Positions 1 to 10,664 of a stretch of DNA of 24,903 nt are shown piece after piece. The translations under genes were made by a program, and so were the position numbers. A model generated the notes under the pieces. That model was not told the DNA's origin. It saw only the letters and a program-made list of their open reading frames with translations, and searched no databases. The stretch is from Octopus sinensis. Taxonomy: Eukaryota. The stretch spans positions 1 through 24,903 of the forward strand of contig NW_021836276.1 of assembly GCF_006345805.1 (NCBI RefSeq), read 5' to 3'. The first letter of the stretch is position 1; every line of letters begins with the position of its first letter.

Positions 1-95
1 TCGTTTCGGGGTCAATGAAATAATTACCAGTTTGAATACTGGGGTCGATGTAATCGACTAGCTTTTCCCTCAAATTTGAGGCCTTATGCCCTCCA
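1..95 (+). mobile_element. 3' part of tRNA-derived SINE (family A), truncated by the window start
   Basis: TTTCGGGGTCAATGAAATAATTACCAG...GGGGTCGATGTAATCGACT matches the 3' half of the copy at 284-490 (CCTTTCGGGGGTCGATGAAATAATT). Confidence 0.7.
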
Positions 96-99
96 GTAT

Positions 100-100
100 A

Positions 101-149
<49 letters not shown>

Positions 150-236
150 TATTATTTTATTATCATTATTGTTATTTTATTATTATTATTATTATATTAT
201 TATTATTACTACTACTAACTACTACTACTACTACTT

Positions 237-283
<47 letters not shown>
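100..283. repeat. Compound trinucleotide microsatellite (ATT)n then (ACT)n
   Basis: Directly visible; switches from ATT to ACT near 207. It explains ORFs 76..285 and 86..361. Confidence 0.97.
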
Positions 284-284
<1 letters not shown>

Positions 285-490
285 GAAGGCTGCGAGCTGG
301 CAGAATTGTTAGCACTGCAGACAAAATGCTTAGCAACAATTTATTCGTCTTTACGTTCTGAGTTCAAATTCCGCCGAGATTAATTTTATCCTTTCGGGGG
401 TCGATGAAATAATTAATTACCAATTAAGTACCAATTAAGCAATAAACAATCCCCCCTTACCCCAAACTGCAGGTCTTGTGCCTATAGTAG
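284..490 (+). mobile_element. tRNA-derived SINE (family A, octopus-type)
   Basis: A-box-like GAGCTGGCAGAATTG (~293) and B-box GAGTTCAAATTCC (360-372), followed by a non-tRNA body related to 1-95. Confidence 0.8.
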
Positions 491-589
491 ACAGGACTAC
501 TACTAATACTACTACTACTATTTATACTACTACTACTACTATCTTCGCCGCCACTACTACCACCTCTGCTACTAGTACTACAACTATGA

Positions 590-785
590 ACTGGGTGAGT
601 GTGAGAACCGGTGAAGTCCCAAGCAATATACCTTGATATAGTTTCGTCCCTTAAAATTTTCAGCGGAAATTCCACCAAAGCCATACCTGCCTTCCATTAT
701 TTTAGGGTCGGTAAAATAATAGCAATAAAGTATAAAATCGACTTCACCTTTGCCTTAAAATATGATTCTGTACCTATGAGAGAAA
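590..785 (+). mobile_element. Degenerate SINE family A copy
   Basis: GAAATTCCACCAAAGCC...TGCCTTCCATTATTTTAGGGTCGGTAAAATAA...AATCGACTT is collinear with 284-490 and 1-95. Confidence 0.5.
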
Positions 786-859
786 TCATTATTTTATTAT
801 CATTAAATCATTAAAGAGGTATAATGCGTAGAGATAATATATACACTACTGTTATTGAA

Positions 860-2300
860 CGTATAGGTTAGTAAATTTGCATGTGGGCCAAGTGAACTTG
901 AAATGACTTTATCTGGTTGGAACCACGATGTAGATGTCGTCCCTCTGCCTTGAAAATAAACGTGAGATTTAGAAGTGTTCCGCTCAACCCAAATTTCACC
1001 TGAAAACAGAAAGTTGACTCGGTTAAGTACAGAATCTAAAAGAAATAGGGAGGTAAGAGAGGGGACTGGGTGTGTGATATAGGAAAGAGTAAGGAGGATG
1101 AGAAGAGATATAAGAAAAGTGGAGGAAGAGTGTGAGAGCGTTTCAGAGTAAAAGAGAAAAAGATGAGAAGTTGTGAAAAGGGAGGAGACGGAGGGAAAGA
1201 GAGAGAGAGGGAGTGAAATGAGAGGAATAAAATACAAAGTAGCGACTGAAGTGCAAGATTAAATGGCGAGAAAGAGTTTGGATTTATGAGACAGAGAATC
1301 GGATTAATAACTAATGAGTCGGGATTTCGGAGTCTTTGTAAAAAGTTTCGTTGCATCTGTGGGAAGTAAAGACCCTGACAAAATCCATGACAAAAACAAA
1401 AGATAAAAACAACAGAATCATCTCCCATTAACAAGTCACATTGATATTCTGTGGAGGAATGAAGGGAGACGTCAGGACCGGAGGGAAGTGACGTCACTCA
1501 AGAAGCGGGACATTTGAACAGCATTTTTCATGGACGTGTGGAGCGGAGTCAGGGATATAGTTTTGCTGGCCAGAGTAGCTACTCATGTTGGTATGTCCAT
1601 TATTTTCATTAGGCCCTGGTGGAGTGTAACTTTATACCCTGTTCTGAAGTCGTCTCGAAGGAAAAGCATTCTTTTTTTTGCCACCCCATCTACATATTCA
1701 CAAATTTTGACCTAAATTTCATCCTTTCACCTCTTCCTTTCAAAATGCAAGACAGTCGCCCGTTGACACTCGTTGACGAGACATCGAAGAGTCCAGGGAA
1801 CAGAAGAAAGAAGAAGAAAGAAGACATACACCCAACACCAGAGCTGAAGACACCGTAAAAACGGTAGAGGAGTAGGGCCCGAAACCGGACATGGTTCTTC
1901 CTGATGATGTCTTGAGCTAACTGGATCCTATAAAGGAGCTGTTGTGGTAGCAGACCACGAAACAACACGGTTGAATCCCTCAGATACTGACTGCACTGAT
2001 GCAGGAAGGACTTGCTGACAATCCAGAAAAGGGATGACAAAACGGAGAGACGTTTGACAGTACGACAGCGTAACGAGGATCAATGGGCTTGCAGCCGTTC
2101 TGGTGTAAAATTGCAAACGAAAAAGCATGGGAAATCATGCCCCTTGATCCTGGATCACGGGGGGGGGGGAATAACGGATCAATAGGAACGGAAAAAAACG
2201 GAATGGTTAACGGACCGGAAAATGGACAATGAGAAAGGAAGCGGTAAAGAATGGTAGATGAGGAATTCAGCTGCTGCGGAAGGTGTTTGCTAGGCAGACA
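860..2300 (-). mobile_element. Highly decayed Penelope-like element (RT remnant)
   Basis: Minus-strand ORF 803..1237 reads HPVPSLTSLFLLDSVLNRVNFLFSGE...YFQGRG...SLGPHANLL, resembling the PLE RT region (L.L.ELVLT.NNF.F.G..YLQ..G.AMG...GP.YANL). Many stops and frameshifts; the upstream limit is uncertain. Confidence 0.5.
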
Positions 2301-3504
2301 TATAAATAATGTATTACAAATGTTTACAGAACCACGTTCTCACTCCATGTGTAAATACGGCATCGAAACACTTCCATATAAAACTAAACCAAACCTTGAA
2401 GCAATCACAAAAAAGGGGCCAGACAATTAATTAAAATCCTTATCATTCACTCCAAGTTCTTATTCGGGAATATATGCTTTGAATTTGTTGTAGAAAAATC
2501 GCTAAAACTCACGTGTGTAATGTCACGAAAAACAGAAACATACAAACCGATACCCGGCGACAATGATGAAAATCTAATAAAGGAGGCCTGACCTTAGTCC
2601 CCAAGTCTCGCTAGTGAAACAGAAAAAAAGGAGAAATAAATACGAGATGAATAGGTTTCTATGCGTCATGTATATTTTATAGCAACACTCTTGCCACAAA
2701 ATGAAAACGCTGCACAATATTCCATTGAAATTTAGAAGGAAAGATAGATTTTAAAAGATAGATTTTAAAAATGAAACAAACAAAAGAAACTGAAATTAAA
2801 CATTTAAAAGAAAACACTAGTAATTATTGTAAAACAGCAACAAATATGTAGATTGGTTATTCAATGAGAATCATCTCGAAATTCTAAAAATTCATTACCT
2901 TTTCAATAGGCAAATTGTCCCAGTACAAATAAATAGGGCTCTTCTTAAATGAGTTTTGGGTCATCTCAAATACTTTCTGCCAGCTTTTACCTAAGTATAC
3001 AAACAAGATGTTAACCCTTAAACGGCGGGAAAGTGTTGCATGAATGTGTGTGACAAACGGGCAATAATCGAAAAAATCTCTTTTTCATAAAGCTAATTTT
3101 TATATTTATTTTCATTAAATTAAGCACAAAAACTAAAATAATTGTTGGTCTTAAACAAATGGAGAAGAATCGGTGCACTTTTTCCATCCAGAGCTAGTTG
3201 AAGCTTATTCTTTCTGTATTATCTAAATATCGTTTTTCAACATCATCTGCTTCATTTGATGATGAAAGAAATCAGAAAACACTTCTTCATCGCTGTTTAA
3301 ATCATCTATTTACGACTGGATTTCTCCCATTGATAAGGGCCGCTTACGCTTAGGCGCATTTAATTTAGCAGACGGTCGGGCCTCAACTGATGACGGTCAT
3401 ATCTGTGTAAACTTTTTGTGACAACCAATAGGATTTTAAAGAAAAAGAAGGTGTATTCCAGAAGTTTCCAGGATTTTTCAGGAAATACTTTATTTATTTC
3501 AAGA

Positions 3505-4332
3505 AAGCTGAGTGAGCCGGTCCAATTCCTCGTCCACATCTTGCTCAGGATTGTGGTTTGGTGGAGCACACTTCTAAGGCATGCAATTGATTAACATCGT
3601 TTCCAGTGGTGGGGCCCGAAATTATGATGTTAAGTCCAGAAGGGCAGAATTCGGGATTGATTAGGCGAAGAACTGAGATTTCTTAGAATTTACAGTGAGC
3701 TCAAAACGTTGATACGCAATGGTGAAATAACTGACAGATTGTTGCAGTTCTAAGCTTGAGTGACCGAATGACCACGTTGCCATCGACGAAGTGAAGTTCT
3801 GAGATTCGCTTGGAACTGGTAAGATTCTTTGACCGAAACCTCATCAGGCTGAAGAGTCTTTCATCAAAACGATATCTGATGTCCTTTTCCAGCTGATCCG
3901 AGGGAAGTTCATAGATCATTGCAGGAAGGTATCAGGAGAAAAGCATAGTAGCGGGTACGCAAACCTGTTTCAATCCAGATGTAATTGGGAATACTTCTGA
4001 GAGTCCATCACGAGGAAGGAAATGCCCAGTCATACCATTGTATGATCAGGGAGAAGAAATAATCAAGGGCTGTCCATATGGCTGGTCTTGGTATCTCTAA
4101 AAAAACCTTTTGCAGATCATAAAGATAAGGAAATACGGTTTTGTTGTTCTCGATCTTGTTTTTGGAATTGTCTGGCGCAGATCGTGTCTATGGTTCCAAG
4201 TAATGCTCGGCAAAACACACTGGGATTCTGGAAGGAGTCTTTCTGCGATGACGTGGAGGTCGTTCAAGGGTATTGGAGCAAAGGTCTTTCCTAAAATTAT
4301 AAGTAGCGAGATTACACGATGGTTTCCATAAG
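3505..4332 (-). mobile_element. RTE-clade (BovB-like) LINE, reverse transcriptase fragment, inactive
   Basis: Minus-strand frames give GNHRVISLLIILGKTFA...IAERLLPESQC...FPITSGLKQVCVPATML...IRYRFDERLFSLMRFRSK...ISELHFVDG...DVDEELDR. These are collinear with RTE RT motifs (NYRGISLL, LPESQCGF, GVKQGC, ELLFADD). Stops and frameshifts throughout. Confidence 0.9.
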
Positions 4333-4349
4333 ATTTTCTATCTCCTTTT

Positions 4350-4715
4350 TTGAATATACTGATTATGAGAGCACTAAGTGCGTGAGGTCGTCAATGTCTC
4401 GTTTATGGGTCTACGTATGAGTATAGCTTCCTTAATTCTTAAATTACCCACATTTCTTTTACTGGCCTCAATTGTGACTGTGACTGTTATGCTTTTGTCG
4501 GTGTTCCGGCATCTTTTCTGAAGGAAGGGGCTATCGTGTTCAGATGTTCTTTAATGCGGACGTGTAACGGTTTTGTTGTGCTACCCACATAGAACTTGTT
4601 GCATTTGTTACATTGTATTCTATATACAACATTTACCCGTTGGCATAAATCTATGTCACGGACGGGACAGTTTGTTAGCTTGCATTGATTGTTGTCCCTT
4701 GTTCGTTTCTTTGCG
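4350..4715 (-). mobile_element. Penelope-like element GIY-YIG endonuclease 3' fragment
   Basis: ORF 4487..4774 reads CPVRDIDLCQRVNVVYRIQCNKCNKFYVGSTTKPLHVRIKEHL; after a frameshift it reads NLRIKEAILIRRPIN. This is the PLE-type GIY-YIG with a CxxC insert. Confidence 0.88.
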
Positions 4716-4717
4716 AG

Positions 4718-4900
4718 CATACATACATAAAACATACAAATCTGCGCATAGATACATACATACATAACATACATACAAACCTACAAACAAAAATACCCTG
4801 TTGTTGATGTTGCAATTCCAGTGAAGGAGCTCGGATTTAGATTAGAAAGTGGTTCGTTCTCTATTGGCAAGAAATCCTGAAATAAACTGAATAATAATAA
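4718..4900 (+). mobile_element. 3' UTR fragment of the RLE-type non-LTR element (same family as 21620-22153)
   Basis: AACATACAAATCT...GCAATTCCAGTGAAGGAGC...TCTCTATTGGCAAGAAATCCTGAAATAAACTGAATAAT is the reverse-complement homolog of 18008-18140 and 21620-21750, and ends in ACATACATA. Confidence 0.75.
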
Positions 4901-4909
4901 ACATACATA

Positions 4910-5072
4910 GCCGCAGGAGTGACTGTGTGGTAAGTAGCTTGCTTACCAACCACATGGTTCCAGGTTCAGTCCCACTGCGTGGCACCTTGGGCAAGTGTTT
5001 TCTACTATAACCTCGGGCCGACCAAACACTTGTGAGTGGATTTGGTGGAAGGAAACTGAAAGAAGCCCTTTG

Positions 5073-5103
<31 letters not shown>

Positions 5104-5338
5104 GTGTTGTGTGTGGTGTGTATGTTTGTGTGTTTGTGTTTGTCCTCCTAACATCACTCGACAACCGATGCTGTTGTGTTTATGTCACCCGTAGCTTAAC
5201 AGTTCGGCAAAAGAGACCGATAGAATAAGTACTAGGCTTACAAAGAATAAGTCCTTGGGTCGACTTAATCAACTAAAGGCGGTGCTCCAGCATGCCACAG
5301 TCAAATGACTGAAACAATAATAGAGTGATAGAATATAA
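4910..5338 (+). mobile_element. Full-length tRNA-derived SINE (family B) with internal TA/TG microsatellite
   Basis: A-box-like TGACTGTGTGG (~4920) and B-box GGTTCAGTCC (4963-4972), then GGCACCTTGGGCAAGTG (CORE-like), an internal microsatellite, and the tail CCAGCATG..CACAGTCAAATGACTGAAAC. Homologous to the inverted copies at 8743 and 10665. Confidence 0.92.
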
Positions 5339-5466
5339 TACATAAATGTGTGTGTGTGTGTGTGTGTGTGTTTGTGTGTGTGTGTATTCGTTTGTAAAAC
5401 AATTGTGGGATAATGATGAAAATATACGAAGTTAGAAAAATATGCCAGAAATTGTGAATTACATAC

Positions 5467-5792
5467 TGTTTCCGGAGAGTAAAATACGATGAACTGTGCA
5501 ATCCTGATCTTTATTTCTCTTCGTTGTGACGATCGATGCATATAACACGGGCCATACAATAGCTAAAATATTGGCACTCATCGCGGGAAAAGACCCGATG
5601 AACATTCTGTAAGAGATGACGCGTCGTCAGTTTGTTTTATTCTCATCATTAAGCATTTTGATGCTGTGGTTTTTCTGAAGAGACCTTCTCTATTCGTTGG
5701 TTCTCCGGCAGTTACAAGAGTCACGAAAAGCAAAAGTGTCAAAGCTGGCAGCAGAAGAGGAATCGAATGGTACTGAATTGTTGTCTCCATTC
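5467..5792 (-). pseudogene. Candidate exon: hydrophobic signal/TM segment plus PAN/apple-like Cys motif, with two +1 indels
   Basis: Acceptor ATATTTTCAG|GA ATG (ATG at 5790) and donor ACA|GTATGT (5467/5466). Reads [65 protein letters not shown] / (V)FSRDECQYFSYCMARVICID / VTTKRNKDQDCTVHRILLSGN, where / marks a +1 shift. Confidence 0.6.
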
Positions 5793-5804
5793 CTGAAAAT
5801 ATAC

Positions 5805-5810
5805 AAGTAT

Positions 5811-5848
<38 letters not shown>

Positions 5849-6110
5849 ATGATATATGTAATAATATATATATACATGTGTGTATGTATATATACATATA
5901 TACTTATATACATATATACACCTACCCACATATATATATATATACACATCTATATACGTGTATCTCTATATATACACATTTATATACATATATATACACA
6001 CATATATATAATACACATTTATATACATATATGTATATATATAGTTATATACATATATACAGTTATATATATATACATATATATATACATTTATATGCAT
6101 GTGTGTGTAT
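5805..6110. repeat. Degenerate (TA)n/(CA)n microsatellite
   Basis: Directly visible. Confidence 0.95.
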
Positions 6111-6795
6111 AGACATGATGATACATGAAGATGGCTGTCCACTCGTGACCGAGGAAGACAATTGCTGACCTTCAGGAACATTGTGCACTCTTGGACTAAC
6201 TTATATTTTGCATTTGCAGCTCCGTTGGTGGCTAATGAGAACCCTGCTCTTGACAAGCATACACGACTGCAAACATTGCAGACCAAGCTTTCCCCATTCA
6301 CTACACTAGCCGTGCGCTTTCGAGCAGCAGGCTTAAGTCCTTCATGCTGAATACGTGCTCTCTCAAATGTGCCGACCCCTTCCTTAACCTACTTCCATCT
6401 GTGGACATGACAGGCATTGCTCTCCCAGACTGTCTCCTGCATATCACAAGCTTAATGAGGACTAAACACAGTCCTTCAATCACAGCCTTTTTCCGCTCAC
6501 AAGTTCCCCGTATAGCATCTGTTTAGGGATCCTGCTATCCTTCATTCTAATAAGGGGTCCAGTCCAACGTAATCGGTGCTTGTGCATCGTCGCTTCAATC
6601 CTCAGGACATCAGCTTTCCTCAAGACCTGTGTGCCTGGAGTTTTTAAGGTCCAGCCAACATTCAGGTAGTGTCTCAGACATCTCTGACGAAAGTCGTCAA
6701 CAACCCTTACATGATGTTTGTAAAGGTTTCATGTCTCAAATGAGTAAAGGAGCGATGTGAGTATACATGCACGGTATAGGGATGTGCATGTACAT
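6110..6795 (-). mobile_element. RTE-clade LINE 3' end (post-RT region and terminal Cys motif), inactive
   Basis: Minus strand reads LYRACILTSLLYSFET*NLYKHHVRVVDDFRQRCLRHYLNVGW...QVLRKAD...RLRWTGPLIRMKDSRIPKQMLYGELVSGKR, then LVCNVCSRVCLSRAGFS (ORF 5966..6301). This is typical of RTE/BovB C-termini. Confidence 0.92.
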
Positions 6796-6796
6796 A

Positions 6797-6806
6797 CATA
6801 ATACAT

Positions 6807-6839
<33 letters not shown>

Positions 6840-6985
6840 TACATACATACATACATACATACATACATACATACATACATACATACATACATACATACAT
6901 ACATTCATACATACATACACACACACACATACATACATACACACATACATACACACATACATACATACATACATACATACATACA

Positions 6986-7019
<34 letters not shown>

Positions 7020-7032
7020 GACACACACACAC
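6797..7032. repeat. (CATA)n/(CA)n microsatellite
   Basis: Directly visible. Confidence 0.97.
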
Positions 7033-7314
7033 CACACTAAGATTATTGATCGCCTGTACATGCCTTTGTTAAGGGAAGCTACTCTCAAATATATATTTTC
7101 TTATATTCCGATTGTTTCCCTTGAAACATACTTTAAACCACTTCACGATGATCTCCTTGGGCTAAAAGCTACTGTAACACCCACCCTTTGTGGTTAGCTA
7201 TATTGAGATGGCTAGTATACTTTACGTTGTCGAGCGGTTACTGTTTACATCTCACTCAGAGATTTGTTATCACTTCATTATTGTATTTACTAAATAGATT
7301 TCATAGATCATTGT

Positions 7315-7480
7315 TTACTTTCAGTCATTGAACTACGGCCACACTGGAGCACCACAGTGACGTGATTAGTCCAACAGACCGACTCCAGTAATTTCGCTTT
7401 CTCGAGAATACCACTTATTCCTTCCGACTTATTTGCCGAACTGCTATGTTACAGGAACCTAGACATAGCAAAAACAAATG
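7315..7480 (-). mobile_element. Degenerate 3' tail of SINE family B
   Basis: TTTCAGTCATTGAACTACGGCCACACTGGAGCACC...TTTGCCGAACTGCTATGTTAC matches the tails at 8760-8890 and 10690-10820. Confidence 0.7.
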
Positions 7481-7484
7481 TTGG

Positions 7485-7486
7485 CT

Positions 7487-7519
<33 letters not shown>

Positions 7520-7658
7520 TTACTAATTTGTATATAATATTATATTTATGCTGTGTGTGTGTGTGTGTGTTTGCTTATATATATCTATATCTATTATCTA
7601 CACACACACACAGACACACAGACACACACACACACCCACACACATATATATATAGATA

Positions 7659-7716
<58 letters not shown>

Positions 7717-7720
7717 CATA
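7485..7720. repeat. Compound (TA)n/(GT)n/(CA)n microsatellite
   Basis: Directly visible. Confidence 0.95.
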
Positions 7721-7817
7721 TTAGAGGGAAACCACTATGTGGACACACTTATACTAAAAATAGGTCCGCTATTGATCTAATTAAATTAATATCTAATTTC
7801 TCACCCTCATTTTAAAT

Positions 7818-7849
<32 letters not shown>

Positions 7850-7944
7850 CAATAATACAGTGATTGTTTCTTATCAGGAACAAAATTTTTAGTAGGACTG
7901 CTATAGAAGTGCTCAATTGAATGAGACAAATATATCAAACTAAG

Positions 7945-8233
7945 GTTACAGAACAAACAAATGCAAGGTCATCCACGTAACATTTCATATCTCGAACATT
8001 TAATCATAGAATATACATGTATAACATCACGGAAGATGAACATAACTCTCTGTACAAGCATATAAGAAGTGCAGATAACAATGTGTGAATACAGTTCATT
8101 ACGGTCAAAGTTAATACTTTAGCGATTAAGAAATATATATTTTTTAAAAAGACATTACAACACCTAGAATAATAAATACGTAAAATATAAAGCATACAGT
8201 AATATATAAATATATAGGTATATAAAAATAAAT

Positions 8234-8269
<36 letters not shown>

Positions 8270-8730
8270 AAGCATATAAATAAGTAATTTATAATATATA
8301 AGGTAAAATAAATGTTCATCGTTTAGAACATTTTTTGAAAATTACTTTTCAGATAAGGGAAACCTATAGTTAAAAGCCAATGTCCAAGCAAAAAAGAAGA
8401 GATGATATTTACATTTCCTATGGCCATTTCATGGGTACATTACTGCATTTAATGCACCAGGGTGCATCACAATAATAACTCCTTCGTCAGGGGAAAAATA
8501 GAGAGACAGACATCACGTACCAGGGCGAGACCTCTTTAACCAGGGTGTTGTAATGTTTTTTAAAAAACCGTGATGAACTGTATTCACACATTTTTCTCGC
8601 ACTTTCTTATATGCTTGTACAGATGAGTTATGTTTCACCTTCCGTGATGTTATACATGTATATTCTATGATTAAATGTTCGAGATATGAAATGTTACGTG
8701 GAAGACTCTGTATTTGTTTGTTCTGCAACT
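7945..8730. repeat. Long inverted repeat with arms ~7945-8165 and ~8545-8730
   Basis: 7972-8035 is the exact reverse complement of 8639-8702 (64 bp, checked base by base). Imperfect homology extends on both sides. Confidence 0.93.
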
Positions 8731-8742
8731 ATAGTTATATAA

Positions 8743-9128
8743 TCTTTTACTCTTTTACTTGTTTCGGTCATTTGATTGTGGCCATGCTGGAGCACCGCCT
8801 TTAATCGAGCAATTCGACACTGGGACTTATTCTTTTGTAAGCCCAGTACTTACTCTATCGGTCTCTTTTGCCGAACCGCTAAGTAACGAGGACATAGCAA
8901 TGCTATGGGGACAAACACAGACACACAAACACACAAATGCATACATATATATATACATATATACGACGGGCTTCTTTCAGTTTCCGTCTACCAAATCCCC
9001 TCACAAGGCTTTTGGCCGGCCCGAGGTTGTAGTAGAAGACACTTGCCCAAGGTGCCACGCAGTGGGACTGAACCCGGAACCATGTGGTTGGTAAACAAGC
9101 TACTTACCACACAGCCACACCTACGCCT
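8743..9128 (-). mobile_element. Full-length SINE family B
   Basis: Reverse-complement homolog of 4910-5338, with tail CTTTTACTCTTTTACTTGTTTC and head ...GAACCCGGAACCATGTGG...TTACCACACAGCCAC. Confidence 0.93.
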
Positions 9129-9285
9129 ATATATATGTATATATATATACATATAAATTTAAAATAAATATATAAATATATATACACATACACACACACA
9201 CACACACGCATACACACACATACACACACATACACACACACGCGCGCGCGCGCGCGCAAACACACACGCAGACATATATATATAT
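9128..9285. repeat. Compound (TA)n-(CA)n-(CG)n microsatellite
   Basis: Directly visible; the CG run is at 9241-9257. Confidence 0.93.
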
Positions 9286-10084
9286 AACCTCTCATTACGT
9301 TTTTTTCATTTTAGGGAATTTTAAAATAATTTTGGCGAAGTTATTAAATTCTATAGGTTTTTATTATATGAGCATATATATTAATTTATAGAGATTTTTT
9401 TAGATCTTAATATAATATACTTTATATTTTTCATTGATAATATATATATGGTTTCTTTTATATATTGTAATTGATATATTTATTTTATATAATTGTTTTT
9501 TTTTTACTATATTAATATATTTACTTTAATGATATTAGATTATATAACTTTCTATATTAATTATGGTGGTTTTCCTACCTTATAAATTAAAATTAATATT
9601 TAACATTATAATTGAATTTGATATAATCATAAGTTTCTAGTTTGATAATAGAGTTTATTATTAGTAAAATTATTATATTATTTATATCTTTAAAATATTG
9701 TTTAAATATTTCTGATTATTTTTAAAATATTTCAATTAACCTGAAAATTGACTGTAACCATAACTCGAATTATTAATTGAATTTAAATTATTGTTATTCG
9801 AATTGCTACAGCCATGAAACGATCGTAGTGTTTTACTCTTTATCTTTTATTAAACTTTTAATACTTTTGATATATTGTTTAAAAAAAAAATAATAATAAT
9901 TAAATAATTAATTAATAAAATAATATATAAATATAAAAAAATATACATACACACATATATATATATTTGTATATATATATATAAAATTTATAAGTTTAAA
10001 TTATTTAAATAATTTTATTATTTTTAACTTTATATTTTTGGTTTTTCACTGTTTGATTTGCCTAATAGTGGTTTTTATCTCTAA

Positions 10085-10094
10085 TTTAATATAA

Positions 10095-10135
<41 letters not shown>

Positions 10136-10162
10136 TATACACACAACACCACACACACACAC

Positions 10163-10224
<62 letters not shown>
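10085..10224. repeat. Compound (TA)n-(CA)n-(TA)n microsatellite
   Basis: Directly visible. Confidence 0.93.
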
Positions 10225-10225
<1 letters not shown>

Positions 10226-10664
10226 ACCCCTCATAACGTTTTTTTCATTTTGGGGAATTTTTAGAGAATTTTGGCGAATTTATATTCTATAACCGGAAAT
10301 TCATCCGATTAACCAAAAACGAAACAAAATATATTTTGGTGCACGATTTAAGGCCTGATTAGCTGTTATTTTTATCAACTTTAACCACCACCTCATATGT
10401 CATATGTTTTAAAGCGTTCAAGAATAACCCTGTTGAATACGTTGAGAAATACGAAAAAAGATTGAGTCAATGAATGAGGAAAGAATTGTAGACAGGGGTG
10501 TGGATTTAAATCATTAAAGGAATGAAAAGGTCGTTCATAAGTTTAGAAGAAATTGTAAAAACAGAGAAAGTGAAAGTGAAAGCAAGAGAAACATCCGTTT
10601 GGAGATTTAAGGTGAAATGAACAGACTAAGTCGCTTGAGACCTTTCTGAGAGAAATCAGAAAAG

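Noticed and set aside
76-361. Poly-Leu, poly-Tyr and poly-Thr ORFs
   Set aside because: Translations of (ATT)n and (ACT)n on top of SINE sequence.
925-950. RDDIYIVV as the RT catalytic YxDD motif of the Penelope-like remnant
   Set aside because: It lies upstream of the GP.YANL-like motif, the wrong order for motif C, so it is treated as chance.
2555-2612. Minus-strand acceptor-like site (pyrimidine tract plus CTAG) as the next exon of the PAN-like gene
   Set aside because: The required phase-1 frame hits TAA after five codons.
3011-3340. piggyBac-like end TTAA|CCCTT
   Set aside because: No matching AAGGG|TTAA end found and no recognisable transposase.
3385-3425. Hammerhead ribozyme candidates (CTGATGA at ~3387, CTGAAGA at ~1844, CTGATGG at ~21857, minus-strand CTGATGA at ~15612 and ~23730)
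   Set aside because: None has a paired stem II followed by GAAA and a closing stem III. An Infernal search would settle it.
8513-8728. 71-aa ORF with protein-like composition
   Set aside because: It is one arm of the inverted repeat. The other arm has indels in it, there is no ATG or splice support, and no motif is recognised.
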